64,000 nucleotides of DNA from Ferrithrix thermotolerans DSM 19514 (lineage in GTDB: Bacteria; Actinomycetota; Acidimicrobiia; Acidimicrobiales; CAIXPF01): assembly GCA_945906305.1 (NCBI GenBank), contig CAMDQT010000018.1, positions 5,553-69,552 of the forward strand, in the 5' to 3' direction. The translations under genes were made by a program, and so were the position numbers. A model generated the notes under the pieces. That model searched no databases. It saw only the letters and a list, made by a program, of their open reading frames with translations, and was not told the DNA's origin. This document shows, piece after piece, positions 20,345 through 30,157 of the stretch; the stretch's first letter is position 1, and the number at the start of each line of letters is the position of its first letter.

Positions 20345-21505
20345 GTGATCCCTCCGGGCATCATCTCTGCAGACGGCCACGTCTGCGAAGCAGCTAACAC
20401 ATACACCGATTACATCGATCCGAAGTTCCGCGATCGCGCGCCACACGTTGCCACCATTGAGGACGGCACTGAGGCCTTCATCGTTCCCGGCATGCGCAAG
20501 CCGGTCGCGCTCGGCTTCGTCGACGGCGCTGGCTTCAACGCCAAGGAGCGCCTGATCCGGGCCCAGCAGATGAAGTACAGCGATGTCCGCACCGCGGCCT
20601 ACATCGCTAGTGATCGCCTGGCCTACATGGACCAGGACGGCCTCGCGGCCGAGATCATCTACGCCTCGGTTGGCATGGGCATCTGTATGCACCGCGATGT
20701 CGAGTTCAAAGACGCGTGCATGAAGGCCTACAACCGTTGGCTGGCCGAGATGTGCGCCCAGGCGCCCGAGCGGGTGTTCGGCCTAGCCCAGACGGCCGTT
20801 CTCGATGTCGATTCGGCCATAGCTGACTTCCAGCGGGCCAAAGACATGGGGTTCGTCGGCATGATGATGCCGGGCGACCCGGTGCACGAGGACTTCGACC
20901 ACGCCGACTACGACGCGCTGTGGGAATGCGCCGTTGAGCTCGACATGCCCGTTGCTTTCCACATCCTCACCTCGCGTGCCGGAAGCATCGACACCAAGTC
21001 CCGCGGCCACTCCTACAACAACTTCTTGGGCATCATCCGGGCGGTGCAGGACGTGGTCGGCATGATGGTCCTGGGCGGGGTGTTCGAACGCCATCCTGGT
21101 CTCAAGATGGTCGTGGCGGAAAGCGATGTTGGCTGGCTGCCCCATTACATGTACCGCATGGACCACGCGGCCAAGATCAACACCATGGACGGCATCGTCA
21201 AGGGCTTGTCGAAACTACCCAGCGAGTACATCAAGTCAAACGTCTGGGCCACCTTCCAAGACGACATCACGGCCTACCACCAGGGAGAGTTGTTCGATTA
21301 CCACCACTTGCTGTGGGCGAGCGACTTCCCTCATACCGATTCCACTTGGCCGCGCTCGCGTCAGCTCATCGCGGAACAGGCGTCGCACCTCTCCGAGGTG
21401 CAGCACCAGGCGATCTTCCGCGACAACACCGCGAAGCTGTTCAACCTCGACGCCGGCAACCAGTCCTGGCGGCGCGAGACCGACCCCGCCCTCGCCGGGG
21501 TCTGA
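20345..21505 (+). CDS. Amidohydrolase family 2 protein
   Basis: ISADGHV, FH, ESDVGW and WASDFPH motifs. RBS aaggag. Confidence 0.9.
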   Translation: MIPPGIISADGHVCEAANTYTDYIDPKFRDRAPHVATIEDGTEAFIVPGMRKPVALGFVDGAGFNAKERLIRAQQMKYSDVRTAAYIASDRLAYMDQDGLAAEIIYASVGMGICMHRDVEFKDACMKAYNRWLAEMCAQAPERVFGLAQTAVLDVDSAIADFQRAKDMGFVGMMMPGDPVHEDFDHADYDALWECAVELDMPVAFHILTSRAGSIDTKSRGHSYNNFLGIIRAVQDVVGMMVLGGVFERHPGLKMVVAESDVGWLPHYMYRMDHAAKINTMDGIVKGLSKLPSEYIKSNVWATFQDDITAYHQGELFDYHHLLWASDFPHTDSTWPRSRQLIAEQASHLSEVQHQAIFRDNTAKLFNLDAGNQSWRRETDPALAGV

Positions 21506-21530
21506 AACGCCGCGCCACCAACGTTAAGGA

Positions 21531-21583
21531 GCCGGCGCTCGGTCCCGCCCCATGGTGGCGGCAACGGGCGCCGGTCTCGTTTT
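21531..21583 (+). terminator. Probable intrinsic terminator
   Basis: Imperfect GC stem gccggcgctcg...cgggcgccggt followed by ctcgtttt. Confidence 0.45.
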
Positions 21584-21640
21584 GCCGGGCGGTACCGGCC
21601 GCGCTTGGCTCGACGAGGGGTGCGCTGCGGTGCTTGGGGC

Positions 21641-22954
21641 TCAGACCGCGGTGGCCGGTTCGACTCGGCGGCCGATAGTGGTGCGCCGGAGATAGGCGAA
21701 GGCGGCGACCAGCAGGACGATGGCCGCGGCGTCGCCGAGGTTGGCCAGCATGTGATAGCCGACCGCCTGGCGGATGAACCCGGCGGAAAGTCCGGCTATC
21801 CCGCCGCAGAAGCTCATGACGAGGTCGGCGCTGCCCTGCACCTGTACCCGCTCGGAGATGGAGAAGGACTCCGTGAGCAGTGTCGACCCGCCGATCATGC
21901 CGAAGTTCCAGCCCACCCCCAACACCCACATGGAGGGGAACAGCAGCAGATGATTGTGGGTGGACAGAGCGGCGATGATGCCCGCGACGACGAGCAAGCC
22001 GCCGCCGACCAAGATTGCCTGCACTCGCCCGACGCGGTCGGCAAAGCGGCCCACAAGAGGAGCGAAGGCGAACATCCCGGCCACGTGGACCGACACGACA
22101 TAGGGGCTGAGGTCCTCGTAGCCGTGCAACTTCATGTGCACCGGGGTCATGGCCATTTCCGCCACCATGACGAACTGGGACACGACCATCGCCAACAGCG
22201 CCAGTCGGGCCGCCGGCACGCCGCGGATCAGGCCCAGTGAAGCTCGGATGGGTGGGAGCTTCTCCCGTGACCCCTTGGGGCTCACGCCACCGGCGAGGAC
22301 CAACGGGTCCGGGCGCAGCCGAATCGTGGTGTTCAGCACCGCCAGGCCGAAAAGGGCACCGGCGACCAGCCATGGTCCGGTGTACTTCTGCAGCCCGAGT
22401 GAGAGGCCGAGGTTCTCCGCCGGCACGATGGTGAGCGGCCCGGCCACGGCGCCGAAGGTCTGAGCGAACACGACCCGGCCTATGGCCCGACTGCGCTCCT
22501 CGGGCCGGGCGAGGTCGGCCGCGGCATAACGGGCGAGGAGGTTCGACGCCTGGCCGTTACCGAACACGAACAGCCCCGCAAGGAACAAAGGCAGCAACTG
22601 AAACTGTACGCCGATGGCGGCGATGACCGCGCCGAGCAACGCCCCGGCGTAGCCGATCTGCAGGCCCGGACGCCGACCGGCCCGTTTCATTCGGCGGGAG
22701 AGCACCTGGGACGCAAAGGCCGTCCCGGTGGTGACGGTGGCGGCGCCGAGACCGGCCCACACCGTGGTGGCGCCGAGCATATCAGTCACCACCAAGGCAC
22801 CGACGGTGACCGAGGAGGCCATCGCCGCGCCACCGACGATCTGTCCGGTGGTCAGCGCGCCGAGGACGTTGCGTTGGATCGCCGCCCGCTCGGATTCCTC
22901 GAGCCCATCGGCGAGCGTCGCGCCGGCCTTCGCGGTGTCGGGGGGTGTGGCCAT
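21641..22954 (-). CDS. MFS transporter
   Basis: About 12 hydrophobic segments and GRFADRVGR motif A. Confidence 0.9.
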   Translation of the reverse strand: MATPPDTAKAGATLADGLEESERAAIQRNVLGALTTGQIVGGAAMASSVTVGALVVTDMLGATTVWAGLGAATVTTGTAFASQVLSRRMKRAGRRPGLQIGYAGALLGAVIAAIGVQFQLLPLFLAGLFVFGNGQASNLLARYAAADLARPEERSRAIGRVVFAQTFGAVAGPLTIVPAENLGLSLGLQKYTGPWLVAGALFGLAVLNTTIRLRPDPLVLAGGVSPKGSREKLPPIRASLGLIRGVPAARLALLAMVVSQFVMVAEMAMTPVHMKLHGYEDLSPYVVSVHVAGMFAFAPLVGRFADRVGRVQAILVGGGLLVVAGIIAALSTHNHLLLFPSMWVLGVGWNFGMIGGSTLLTESFSISERVQVQGSADLVMSFCGGIAGLSAGFIRQAVGYHMLANLGDAAAIVLLVAAFAYLRRTTIGRRVEPATAV

Positions 22955-23010
22955 GGCTAGGACGCTATCGCTACGGCGGCTCGGCCGCCTTCATGGCGCG
23001 AATACGCCGG

Positions 23011-24678
23011 TCAGGCCAGGGTAAAGCCTTCGTAGCCGTTGGCCACTACTTCCTCGCAGCGGGCTCGGTAGCGGCCGAGGCCGCCGACGTAGGGGAGGAA
23101 CATGCGAGCTTTGCCCTCGATATTGGCGCCGAGATACCAGCTGTTGCAGGTGGGGGCGACATACATGGTTCCCTCGGCCACCTCATTCACGTGCAGGCCC
23201 CATGCTTGCGCCGCTGGCGCGGTGGCCTCGATGGTGCGAAACCCGTTGGCGCGCAGATGTCCGATGCATGCCGCGATCCACTCGACGTGTTGCTCGATGG
23301 CCACGATGACGTTGGCCAGTACCGAAGGGCTGCCGGGCCCGGTGACGGTGAAGAGGTTCGGGAAGCCCGCCACCTGCAGGCCAAGGTAGGTGCTCGGGCC
23401 GTTGGCCCAGACGTCGCGCAGGGCGACGGCCCCGCGTCCGCGTAGGTCGATGCGCTCGAGGGCGCCGGTCATGGCATCGAAGCCGGTGGCGAAAATGAGC
23501 GTGTCGAGTTCGTAATGGCCCTCGGTCGTGCGCAGGCCGGTCTCGGTGATCTCCACGATCGCACCGCGGCGCAGGTCCACCAGTGTCACGTTTGCACGAT
23601 TGAAGGTTTCGAAAAAGTTGGTGTCGAGGACCTGGCGTTTGCAGCCCAGCGGATAGCCCTCGGGTGTGAGCGACTCCGCCACGGCGGGGTCGGTGACCAC
23701 TTCGTGGACGTGGTCTGCGAAGAGGTCCACGGCCAGCGCATTGGCGTCGAGGTCCTGGTACACATCGCTGTAGCGCTGGAAAACTCCGAAGCCGTAGGTG
23801 CGCCAGGCTTGCTTGCGCTGTTCGGGTGTGTCGGTGCGGATCTCCGGACGCGCCGGGCGAGGACCGTCCGTTTCACGCAACGAGGCCTTGCGAATAGGTG
23901 ACCAGTTCGAGAAGCCGTTGGGGCTGTGCCGCTGCCGCTCGCGCACCTCGGCGTAGTTCTCCTTGTAGGCCTGCTGCACGTCGGGACGCAGCGCCTTGTT
24001 GTTGGCCGGGAACGTGAATCCGGGGGTCCGTTGAAAGACGAACAGATGCTCGGCCTGTTCCGCAATGACAGGGATTGCCTGCACACCGGAGGAACCGGTG
24101 CCGATGATTCCGACCCGACCGCTGAGGTCCACGCCCTGCTTGGGCCAGGCTCCGGTGTGCAGCACCGGACCTCTGAAGCGTTCGAGTCCGGCGATGTCGG
24201 GGATGTTGGCGGCGGACAGGGCGCCGGTGGCCATGATGCAGAAGGGGGCCTCGAGCCGGTCGCCTCGATCGGTGCTCACCATCCACGTGGCGCGCTCCTC
24301 ATCGAATACTGCGGCGACCACTCGGGTAGAGAAGCTGATGTGGCGGCGAAGGTCGAACCGGTCGGCGACGTGGCGCGCATAGCCCAAGATCTCGGGCTGG
24401 GCCGCCATGATCTCGGTCCACTCCCAGCTTTGCTCCAGTTCGGAATCGAACCCGTAGGAGTATTCCATGCTCGGCACGTCACAGCGGGCGCCGGGGTAGC
24501 GGTTCCAGTACCAGGTTCCGCCGACATCGGTACCGGCCTCGATGGCGCGCACTGACAGGCCGTCCTGGCGCAGTTTGTGAATCAGGTACATGCCGGCAAA
24601 GCCGGCACCGACCACCACGGCGTCGTAGGAGGCGACATCGTGAAACGTCGCGGTGGCGGACGATTCGGTGGAGGTCAT
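23011..24678 (-). CDS. Type I Baeyer-Villiger monooxygenase
   Basis: GAGFAG, GGTWYWNRYPGARCD, FRGPVLHTGAWP fingerprint and ATGFD. Confidence 0.93.
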   Translation of the reverse strand: MTSTESSATATFHDVASYDAVVVGAGFAGMYLIHKLRQDGLSVRAIEAGTDVGGTWYWNRYPGARCDVPSMEYSYGFDSELEQSWEWTEIMAAQPEILGYARHVADRFDLRRHISFSTRVVAAVFDEERATWMVSTDRGDRLEAPFCIMATGALSAANIPDIAGLERFRGPVLHTGAWPKQGVDLSGRVGIIGTGSSGVQAIPVIAEQAEHLFVFQRTPGFTFPANNKALRPDVQQAYKENYAEVRERQRHSPNGFSNWSPIRKASLRETDGPRPARPEIRTDTPEQRKQAWRTYGFGVFQRYSDVYQDLDANALAVDLFADHVHEVVTDPAVAESLTPEGYPLGCKRQVLDTNFFETFNRANVTLVDLRRGAIVEITETGLRTTEGHYELDTLIFATGFDAMTGALERIDLRGRGAVALRDVWANGPSTYLGLQVAGFPNLFTVTGPGSPSVLANVIVAIEQHVEWIAACIGHLRANGFRTIEATAPAAQAWGLHVNEVAEGTMYVAPTCNSWYLGANIEGKARMFLPYVGGLGRYRARCEEVVANGYEGFTLA

Positions 24679-24701
24679 TGGTGCAACTCCAAGGCGCGCA
24701 T
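24675..24701 (-). CDS. Putative leaderless mini-ORF MRALELHQ coupled to the BVMO
   Basis: TACGCT-6nt-ATG. Its stop overlaps the BVMO start (ATGA). Confidence 0.4.
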   Translation of the reverse strand: MRALELHQ

Positions 24702-24750
24702 GGCCTGAGCGTATCGGCCCCGGCGGTTTCGCCCCAGCCCGTGGCGCCGC

Positions 24751-25554
24751 TCAGCGCCCTTCGTACACCGGGTCGCGCTTTTCGAGAAACGCCCTGGGTC
24801 CTTCTACCGCGTCACGGGTGCGGAACACCGGGGCGGAATGCTCGGCCTCGATGCCCATGGCCTCGCGTTCGGGTTTGCCTAGGCAGGCCTTGACCGATGC
24901 CTTGATAGCCCGTACCGCCACCGGGCCGTTGGCGGCGATGCGATCGGCCATCGCCATTGCTTCCGCCAGTACCTGTTCCGCCGGTACCACCCGGTTGACG
25001 AAGCCCAACTCGTAGGCACGCTGGGCATCGACCAGGCCGCCGGTGAGCAGCCATTCCATCGCCACGGCATAGGGCAGTTGCGCCGGTAGGCGCACCGTGG
25101 AACCACCCCCGGGGAACAACGCCCAGCGCACCTCCTGCACGCCGAAGCGGGCATGATCGGCGGCAATGCGAATGTCGGTGCCCTGCACCAGCTCGCAACC
25201 ACCGGCTACCGCGGTGCCATTGATGGCGGCGATGACCGGCTTGTCGAGGTCGCTGACGCGCAAAATGGCCTTGTCGCCAAGGTCTTTTTCGGCCAGGTAG
25301 CGGAGATCGAAGTCGTTTTCCGGGGCGCGGCTCTTGGTGGCCAGCGGGATGGTTTGGGCTAGATCGGCCCCCGCGCAGAACACCGTGCCGGTTCCGGTGA
25401 TGACCGCGGCGCGGATGGCGTCGTTGGCAGCCACCTCCTGCCAGGCATCGGCCAGCCGGCACATGACCTCGGGATTGAGGGCGTTTCGGGCTTCGGGACG
25501 GTTGAGCGTGATGAGGGCAACGTGGCCCTCGCGTGTGAAATCGACAGCTGCCAC
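24751..25554 (-). CDS. Enoyl-CoA hydratase/isomerase
   Basis: FCAGADL, GGCEL and FGVQE (both catalytic Glu). Leaderless GTG. Confidence 0.92.
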   Translation of the reverse strand: MAAVDFTREGHVALITLNRPEARNALNPEVMCRLADAWQEVAANDAIRAAVITGTGTVFCAGADLAQTIPLATKSRAPENDFDLRYLAEKDLGDKAILRVSDLDKPVIAAINGTAVAGGCELVQGTDIRIAADHARFGVQEVRWALFPGGGSTVRLPAQLPYAVAMEWLLTGGLVDAQRAYELGFVNRVVPAEQVLAEAMAMADRIAANGPVAVRAIKASVKACLGKPEREAMGIEAEHSAPVFRTRDAVEGPRAFLEKRDPVYEGR

Positions 25555-25602
25555 GGTTGGAACCCTAGAACTTCCCCGCCGGGCGGGCGTTACGGTTGCG
25601 TG

Positions 25603-28149
25603 GTGCCTGGCTCGGAACTCACCCCGGACGGCCCTTTCGGGCCGCAACCCTTTGCTGGCGTGCGCGTCGTGGAGCTCGCCACTGGTGTGGCCGGGCCCTA
25701 CCTCGGCAAGCTGCTCGCGGACCACGGCGCGGACGTGATCAAGGTGGAGCCGCCCGGCGGCGATCCGTCCCGAGGGGTCGGTCCTTTCATCGACGATGTT
25801 TCCCATCGCGAAACGTCGGGTCTGTTCCTGCACCTGAACACCAACAAGCGCAGCATCGTGGCCAGCCTGTCGGACGAGCTTCTCACCCCGCTCGTGGCTC
25901 GGGCGGACGTGGTTATCGAATCTGACCGCCCGGGGGTGGCGCCGCTGTCCCGCTGGCGATCAGCCAATCCGAAGCTTGTCGTGGCCTCCATCACACCCTT
26001 CGGTCAGGACGGGCCCTATGCGAGCTACCGCGGGGAGGACATCGCCTTTTACGGCCTCGGGGGCCCGATGCACGCCACCGGGGTGATCGAACGCGAACCG
26101 TTGAAGATGGCGGGAAACCTCCTGCAGTACCAGTGCGGGGCGGTGGGTGCGGTGGCGGTGCTCGCCGCGCTGCGCCGGGCGGAGTCGACCGGGGTCGGTA
26201 CGGGCATCGACGTGTCCAACCTCGAGACCCAGGTGGGGTCCATTGACCGTCGCATCAATTATTTGCTGTGGCGCCAGTGGACCGGTCGCGACGTGCAGCG
26301 TCCGCCGGCCTACGGCCAGGCACTGCTGCCCTTCGGGTACTACCCCGCCATTGATGGCCATGTCGCCATCATTGTGGTGGCCAACTGGATTCCCAAGATG
26401 CTCGATGTTCTTGATGACGACGGCCTGCGCGAACGGTTCTCCACCCCGGCGTGGATGACCGATGCGGAGACCGGCGGACACATCGACGCGGTCATCTACA
26501 ACTGGCTCTCCACCCGCACGAAGGCCCAAGCCATGAGTGAGGCCCAGGCTGGCCGATGGCCGTTGACGTCGTTGAATCGACCCACGGACCTCCTCGCCGA
26601 TGAGCACTTCAGCGCCCGGGGCTTCTTTGCCGAAGTGGACCATCCAATCGCCGGTCGATATCGCACCCCTGGGGCCGGCTTCCGTCTGCAGGACGGCTGG
26701 CGTCTACGACGGCGGCCGCCGCTGCTCGACGAGCACCGAGCGGAGATCGAGGCGGAGCTGGCGCTACCGGTGGCGAGGGGCGACCAGGGGGGTGACGCCG
26801 GGCGGACCACGCCACGGCCGGTCAGCGGGGCCGTTGCCGCAGCGGGGGATCTGCCGCTGAAGGGCCTGCGCGTCCTGGACCTCACGGTGGTTTGGTCCGG
26901 CCCCTACGCCACCATGCTGCTGGCCGATCTCGGTGCGGAGGTCATCCGCTTTGATAACCCGTGGTTGTTTCCGACCGTGACTCGCGGCAACGTGCCCCGA
27001 CCCGACCCGGCGGCCCTGGACGGCCTGGGCCCTTTGACCGGCGCCTATTGCGACCATGACCCCGGCGAGCGGCCCTGGAACCGCGCCGGGCAGTTCCTGG
27101 CCCACGCCCGATCCAAGCTGTCCGCCACGCTTGATCTGCGCCAGCCGCTGGGTCGCGAGGCGTTTCTGCGTTTGGTTGAACGCAGCGATGTAATGGTGGA
27201 AAACAACTCCGTTGACGTGCTCGACAAGCTCGGTCTGGGCTGGGACGTGCTGCGCGACCGCAACCCGGCATTGGTGCTGGTGCGGATGCCTCCGATGGGA
27301 ACCTGGGGCCCCTACCGCAACTATCTCGGGTTCGGGTTCCATTTCGAATCGCTGGCCGGCTCGGCGGCGCTGTGGGGCTATCGCGACGGCGATTACGGGC
27401 TCAACAATCCTGTGTTCCCAATGGACCCCAGCGCGGGGATCGCCGCCGCAGTGGCCACGCTGGCCGCCTTGCGCCGCCGGGAGCGCACCGGTGTCGGTGA
27501 GCTGGTCGAGGTGCCGCAGGTGGAGTACGTGCTGCAACACGTGGGGGAGTACCTCGTCGATGCGGCGCGTAGTGGTGCCGACCGGGATCCAATCGGTAAC
27601 CGTCACGTGACCCACGCCCCGCAGGGCTGCTACCCCTGCTCTGGTGAGGACGCGTGGGTGGTGCTCTGCGTGGACAGCGACCAGGCGTGGGCTGGGCTGT
27701 GCCGGGCGTTAGACCAGCCCGACTGGGCCATCGATGAGCGCTTCACGACCGTCGAAGGCCGCCAGGAACACCATGACGAACTCGACGAGCGGCTGGCGCG
27801 TTGCACGGCCACGTTGAGCGCGTACGAGGCGTTCCACCTTCTGCAGGCACAAGGCGTCATTGCCGCTCCGGTACTCAACGAGGGCGCCTGTTTGGCCGAT
27901 CCGCACCTGCGTGAGCGCGGCTTCTTTCGCCCCAACGGCTCGGCGGACGTGCCACTGGTCGATTTTCCGGGTCACTTGTGGCGCTGGGATGGCCCCGCGT
28001 TGGCGTGGGGGCCGACCAGCCGGCTGGGCGTGGACAACGAGTACGTCTTTCGCGAGTTTGGCGGCTTCAGCGAGGAGGAGTTCGCCGCGCTCGATGCTGA
28101 TGGGCATCTCTCGCTGGACTACCTGCAGGCGGACGGTACGCCGTACTGA
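25603..28149 (+). CDS. Family III CoA-transferase with two fused repeats
   Basis: RVVEL..NTNKRS and RVLDL..ARSKLS modules. Asp (PMDP) in the C-half. Confidence 0.9.
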   Translation: MPGSELTPDGPFGPQPFAGVRVVELATGVAGPYLGKLLADHGADVIKVEPPGGDPSRGVGPFIDDVSHRETSGLFLHLNTNKRSIVASLSDELLTPLVARADVVIESDRPGVAPLSRWRSANPKLVVASITPFGQDGPYASYRGEDIAFYGLGGPMHATGVIEREPLKMAGNLLQYQCGAVGAVAVLAALRRAESTGVGTGIDVSNLETQVGSIDRRINYLLWRQWTGRDVQRPPAYGQALLPFGYYPAIDGHVAIIVVANWIPKMLDVLDDDGLRERFSTPAWMTDAETGGHIDAVIYNWLSTRTKAQAMSEAQAGRWPLTSLNRPTDLLADEHFSARGFFAEVDHPIAGRYRTPGAGFRLQDGWRLRRRPPLLDEHRAEIEAELALPVARGDQGGDAGRTTPRPVSGAVAAAGDLPLKGLRVLDLTVVWSGPYATMLLADLGAEVIRFDNPWLFPTVTRGNVPRPDPAALDGLGPLTGAYCDHDPGERPWNRAGQFLAHARSKLSATLDLRQPLGREAFLRLVERSDVMVENNSVDVLDKLGLGWDVLRDRNPALVLVRMPPMGTWGPYRNYLGFGFHFESLAGSAALWGYRDGDYGLNNPVFPMDPSAGIAAAVATLAALRRRERTGVGELVEVPQVEYVLQHVGEYLVDAARSGADRDPIGNRHVTHAPQGCYPCSGEDAWVVLCVDSDQAWAGLCRALDQPDWAIDERFTTVEGRQEHHDELDERLARCTATLSAYEAFHLLQAQGVIAAPVLNEGACLADPHLRERGFFRPNGSADVPLVDFPGHLWRWDGPALAWGPTSRLGVDNEYVFREFGGFSEEEFAALDADGHLSLDYLQADGTPY

Positions 28150-28211
28150 GCTTCCAATGTCCCTAGGTCCTGGCCCTCACTGGGCTGCCACGCTCTGGCT
28201 AGGGTGAGCTC

Positions 28212-28967
28212 ATGAGTGACAAGGTGCGCGTCGAAATCGACGGGGCAGTTCGGGTTGTGACCCTCACCCGGCCGGAGAAAAGCAACGCCCTCGATGCGGA
28301 CATGCTGCGGGAACTCGAAGAGGTGTTCAACCCCGAGCCAGGGCCGGGAGAAGCCGAGCGCGTGGCCGTCATACGCTCGCAGGGCCGGGTGTTCTGCTCG
28401 GGCTTGGACCTTCGGGGAAGTCTCGGCCGTGACATGGACGTGGAGAAACTTTTCCACCGGGTCGAGACCTGGCCGCTGCCCGTGGTGGCGGTAGTCCAGG
28501 GTGCCGCCATAGCCGGTGGTTGTGAGCTGGCCCTGCACAGCGACCTGGTGGTCGCCTCCAGTGAGGCCCGCTTCGGCATGTCCTTGGCCCAGGTCGGGCT
28601 CGCCCCCTCGTGGTTCCTCACCAAGAAGCTGCTCGAGGTGGCCGGTCCGGTGATCACCCGGGAGGTCCTGCTGCTCGGAGATCCGGTGCCCGCCACGCGC
28701 ATGGCAGAACTGGGCTTGATCGCGCGCTGTGTGGCCCCCGATCAGATGGACGCTACCGCGGCGGGCTTCATCGACCGGCTGGTGCGCAACGCCCCTCTGA
28801 GCCTCAAGGCCATGAAGGCCACCATCAACCGTGAGATGACCTTCCGCGACCAACTCGAACACGCCGACACCGATGCGCTGGTGCGAGCGGCCATGAAGAG
28901 CCAGGACTCCAAAGAAGGCGTTCGGGCCCGCATGGAACGCCGCAACGCGACCTTCACCGGCAGCTGA
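28212..28967 (+). CDS. Enoyl-CoA hydratase/isomerase family protein
   Basis: FCSGLDL and GGCELAL motifs. Confidence 0.9.
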   Translation: MSDKVRVEIDGAVRVVTLTRPEKSNALDADMLRELEEVFNPEPGPGEAERVAVIRSQGRVFCSGLDLRGSLGRDMDVEKLFHRVETWPLPVVAVVQGAAIAGGCELALHSDLVVASSEARFGMSLAQVGLAPSWFLTKKLLEVAGPVITREVLLLGDPVPATRMAELGLIARCVAPDQMDATAAGFIDRLVRNAPLSLKAMKATINREMTFRDQLEHADTDALVRAAMKSQDSKEGVRARMERRNATFTGS

Positions 28968-28978
28968 ACCCTGCGGGC

Positions 28979-30157
28979 TCAGTCGCTGGGGAACTTGAGC
29001 ATCTGGCGGGCTATGACATGACGTTGCACCTGCTGGGTGCCCTCGCCGATGTCGAGGATCTTCACGTCGCGGTAGAGCTTCTCTAGCATCTTGTCGTTGC
29101 GCACACCGGCCTCGCCGAGAATGTCGAGCGCTGCGGCGACCGCTTCGAGGATGACGGGGGGCGAGTACATCTTGGCGAAGCTGGCCTCCATGGCATTGGA
29201 CTGGCCGCTCTTAGCCAGCCACACCGCGTTGAGGTACATCAGCCGCGCGGTGTGTAAGCCGCGGCGAATCCGGGCCAGCCGTTCCAGCGCTCGCTGACGG
29301 CGGCGGCCCTGGGCGGGGTACTCGTGACGCACAAAGTCCAAGGCCAAGTCATGCGCCGCACGGCCCATGCCAACCCCATGGGCGGTGTGCAGCGGCCGGG
29401 TCATGTTGAACGTGGCCATTGAGGCCTTGAAGCCCTTCTTGGCCTCGTAGAACGCCTCGCCACCGAGCAGGTTGTCGGCGGGGATGTGGCAATCCTCAAG
29501 TACGAAGCTGGCCGTCTCGTACCCGCGGGAACCCATCTTGTGTTCGACCTTGATGATTTCGAAACCGGGCGTACCGCGCTCCACGACGTAGGCCCGGTGA
29601 CCGCCACGGCCGAGATCCGGGTCGATAGTGGCCCAGACAACTACCCAGTCCGCCCGGGCGGAGTTGGAGCAGAACATCTTCTGCCCGTTCAGCACCCACT
29701 CGTCGCCTTGCTTGCGGGCACGAGTCTTGATGCGGGCTACATCGGAGCCCGCTTCGGGCTCTGTCATGGCCATCGCACCCCAGCGAGCCTTGGAATGGTC
29801 CTCGAAGATCGACAGGAAGCGTTGCCGCTGCTCGGGGGTGCCGGTGTTACGCAGGGCCGGGCCACCCAACCCTGGGCCGGGCAGGGACAGGGCCACCCCC
29901 CGGTCCCAATAAGCGCATTCCTCGCCGATGAGAAAGTTTCGCACCGGCTTCCAATCGAGGGCGGTGGGGCCCTCGTCGGCGCCGATCATCCGCGATACCA
30001 GGCCGCCTTGGCGGGTGCAGATCAGGTAGAACTCGTGATCGACCGGGGGCGGGGTAGCGGTGCGGTCCGCTTCGAGGCCCATGGGCCGGATATAGGTGCG
30101 CCCCAGCGAGCGCAACTCCTCCAGCATGGCGAGGGTCTTGGCGTCGAGTTCGATCAT
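28979..30157 (-). CDS. Acyl-CoA dehydrogenase (catalytic-type subunit)
   Basis: AMTEPEAGSD, NGQKMF and IGEGTQQVQ motifs. Confidence 0.92.
   Translation of the reverse strand: MIELDAKTLAMLEELRSLGRTYIRPMGLEADRTATPPPVDHEFYLICTRQGGLVSRMIGADEGPTALDWKPVRNFLIGEECAYWDRGVALSLPGPGLGGPALRNTGTPEQRQRFLSIFEDHSKARWGAMAMTEPEAGSDVARIKTRARKQGDEWVLNGQKMFCSNSARADWVVVWATIDPDLGRGGHRAYVVERGTPGFEIIKVEHKMGSRGYETASFVLEDCHIPADNLLGGEAFYEAKKGFKASMATFNMTRPLHTAHGVGMGRAAHDLALDFVRHEYPAQGRRRQRALERLARIRRGLHTARLMYLNAVWLAKSGQSNAMEASFAKMYSPPVILEAVAAALDILGEAGVRNDKMLEKLYRDVKILDIGEGTQQVQRHVIARQMLKFPSD

Noticed and set aside
16709-20692. 1327-aa ORF and other long N-terminal extensions (1223-2458, 10920-12557, 12761-14059, 48912-51149)
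   Set aside because: The extensions overlap neighbouring real genes. True starts are marked by family N-termini and an RBS or -10 element.
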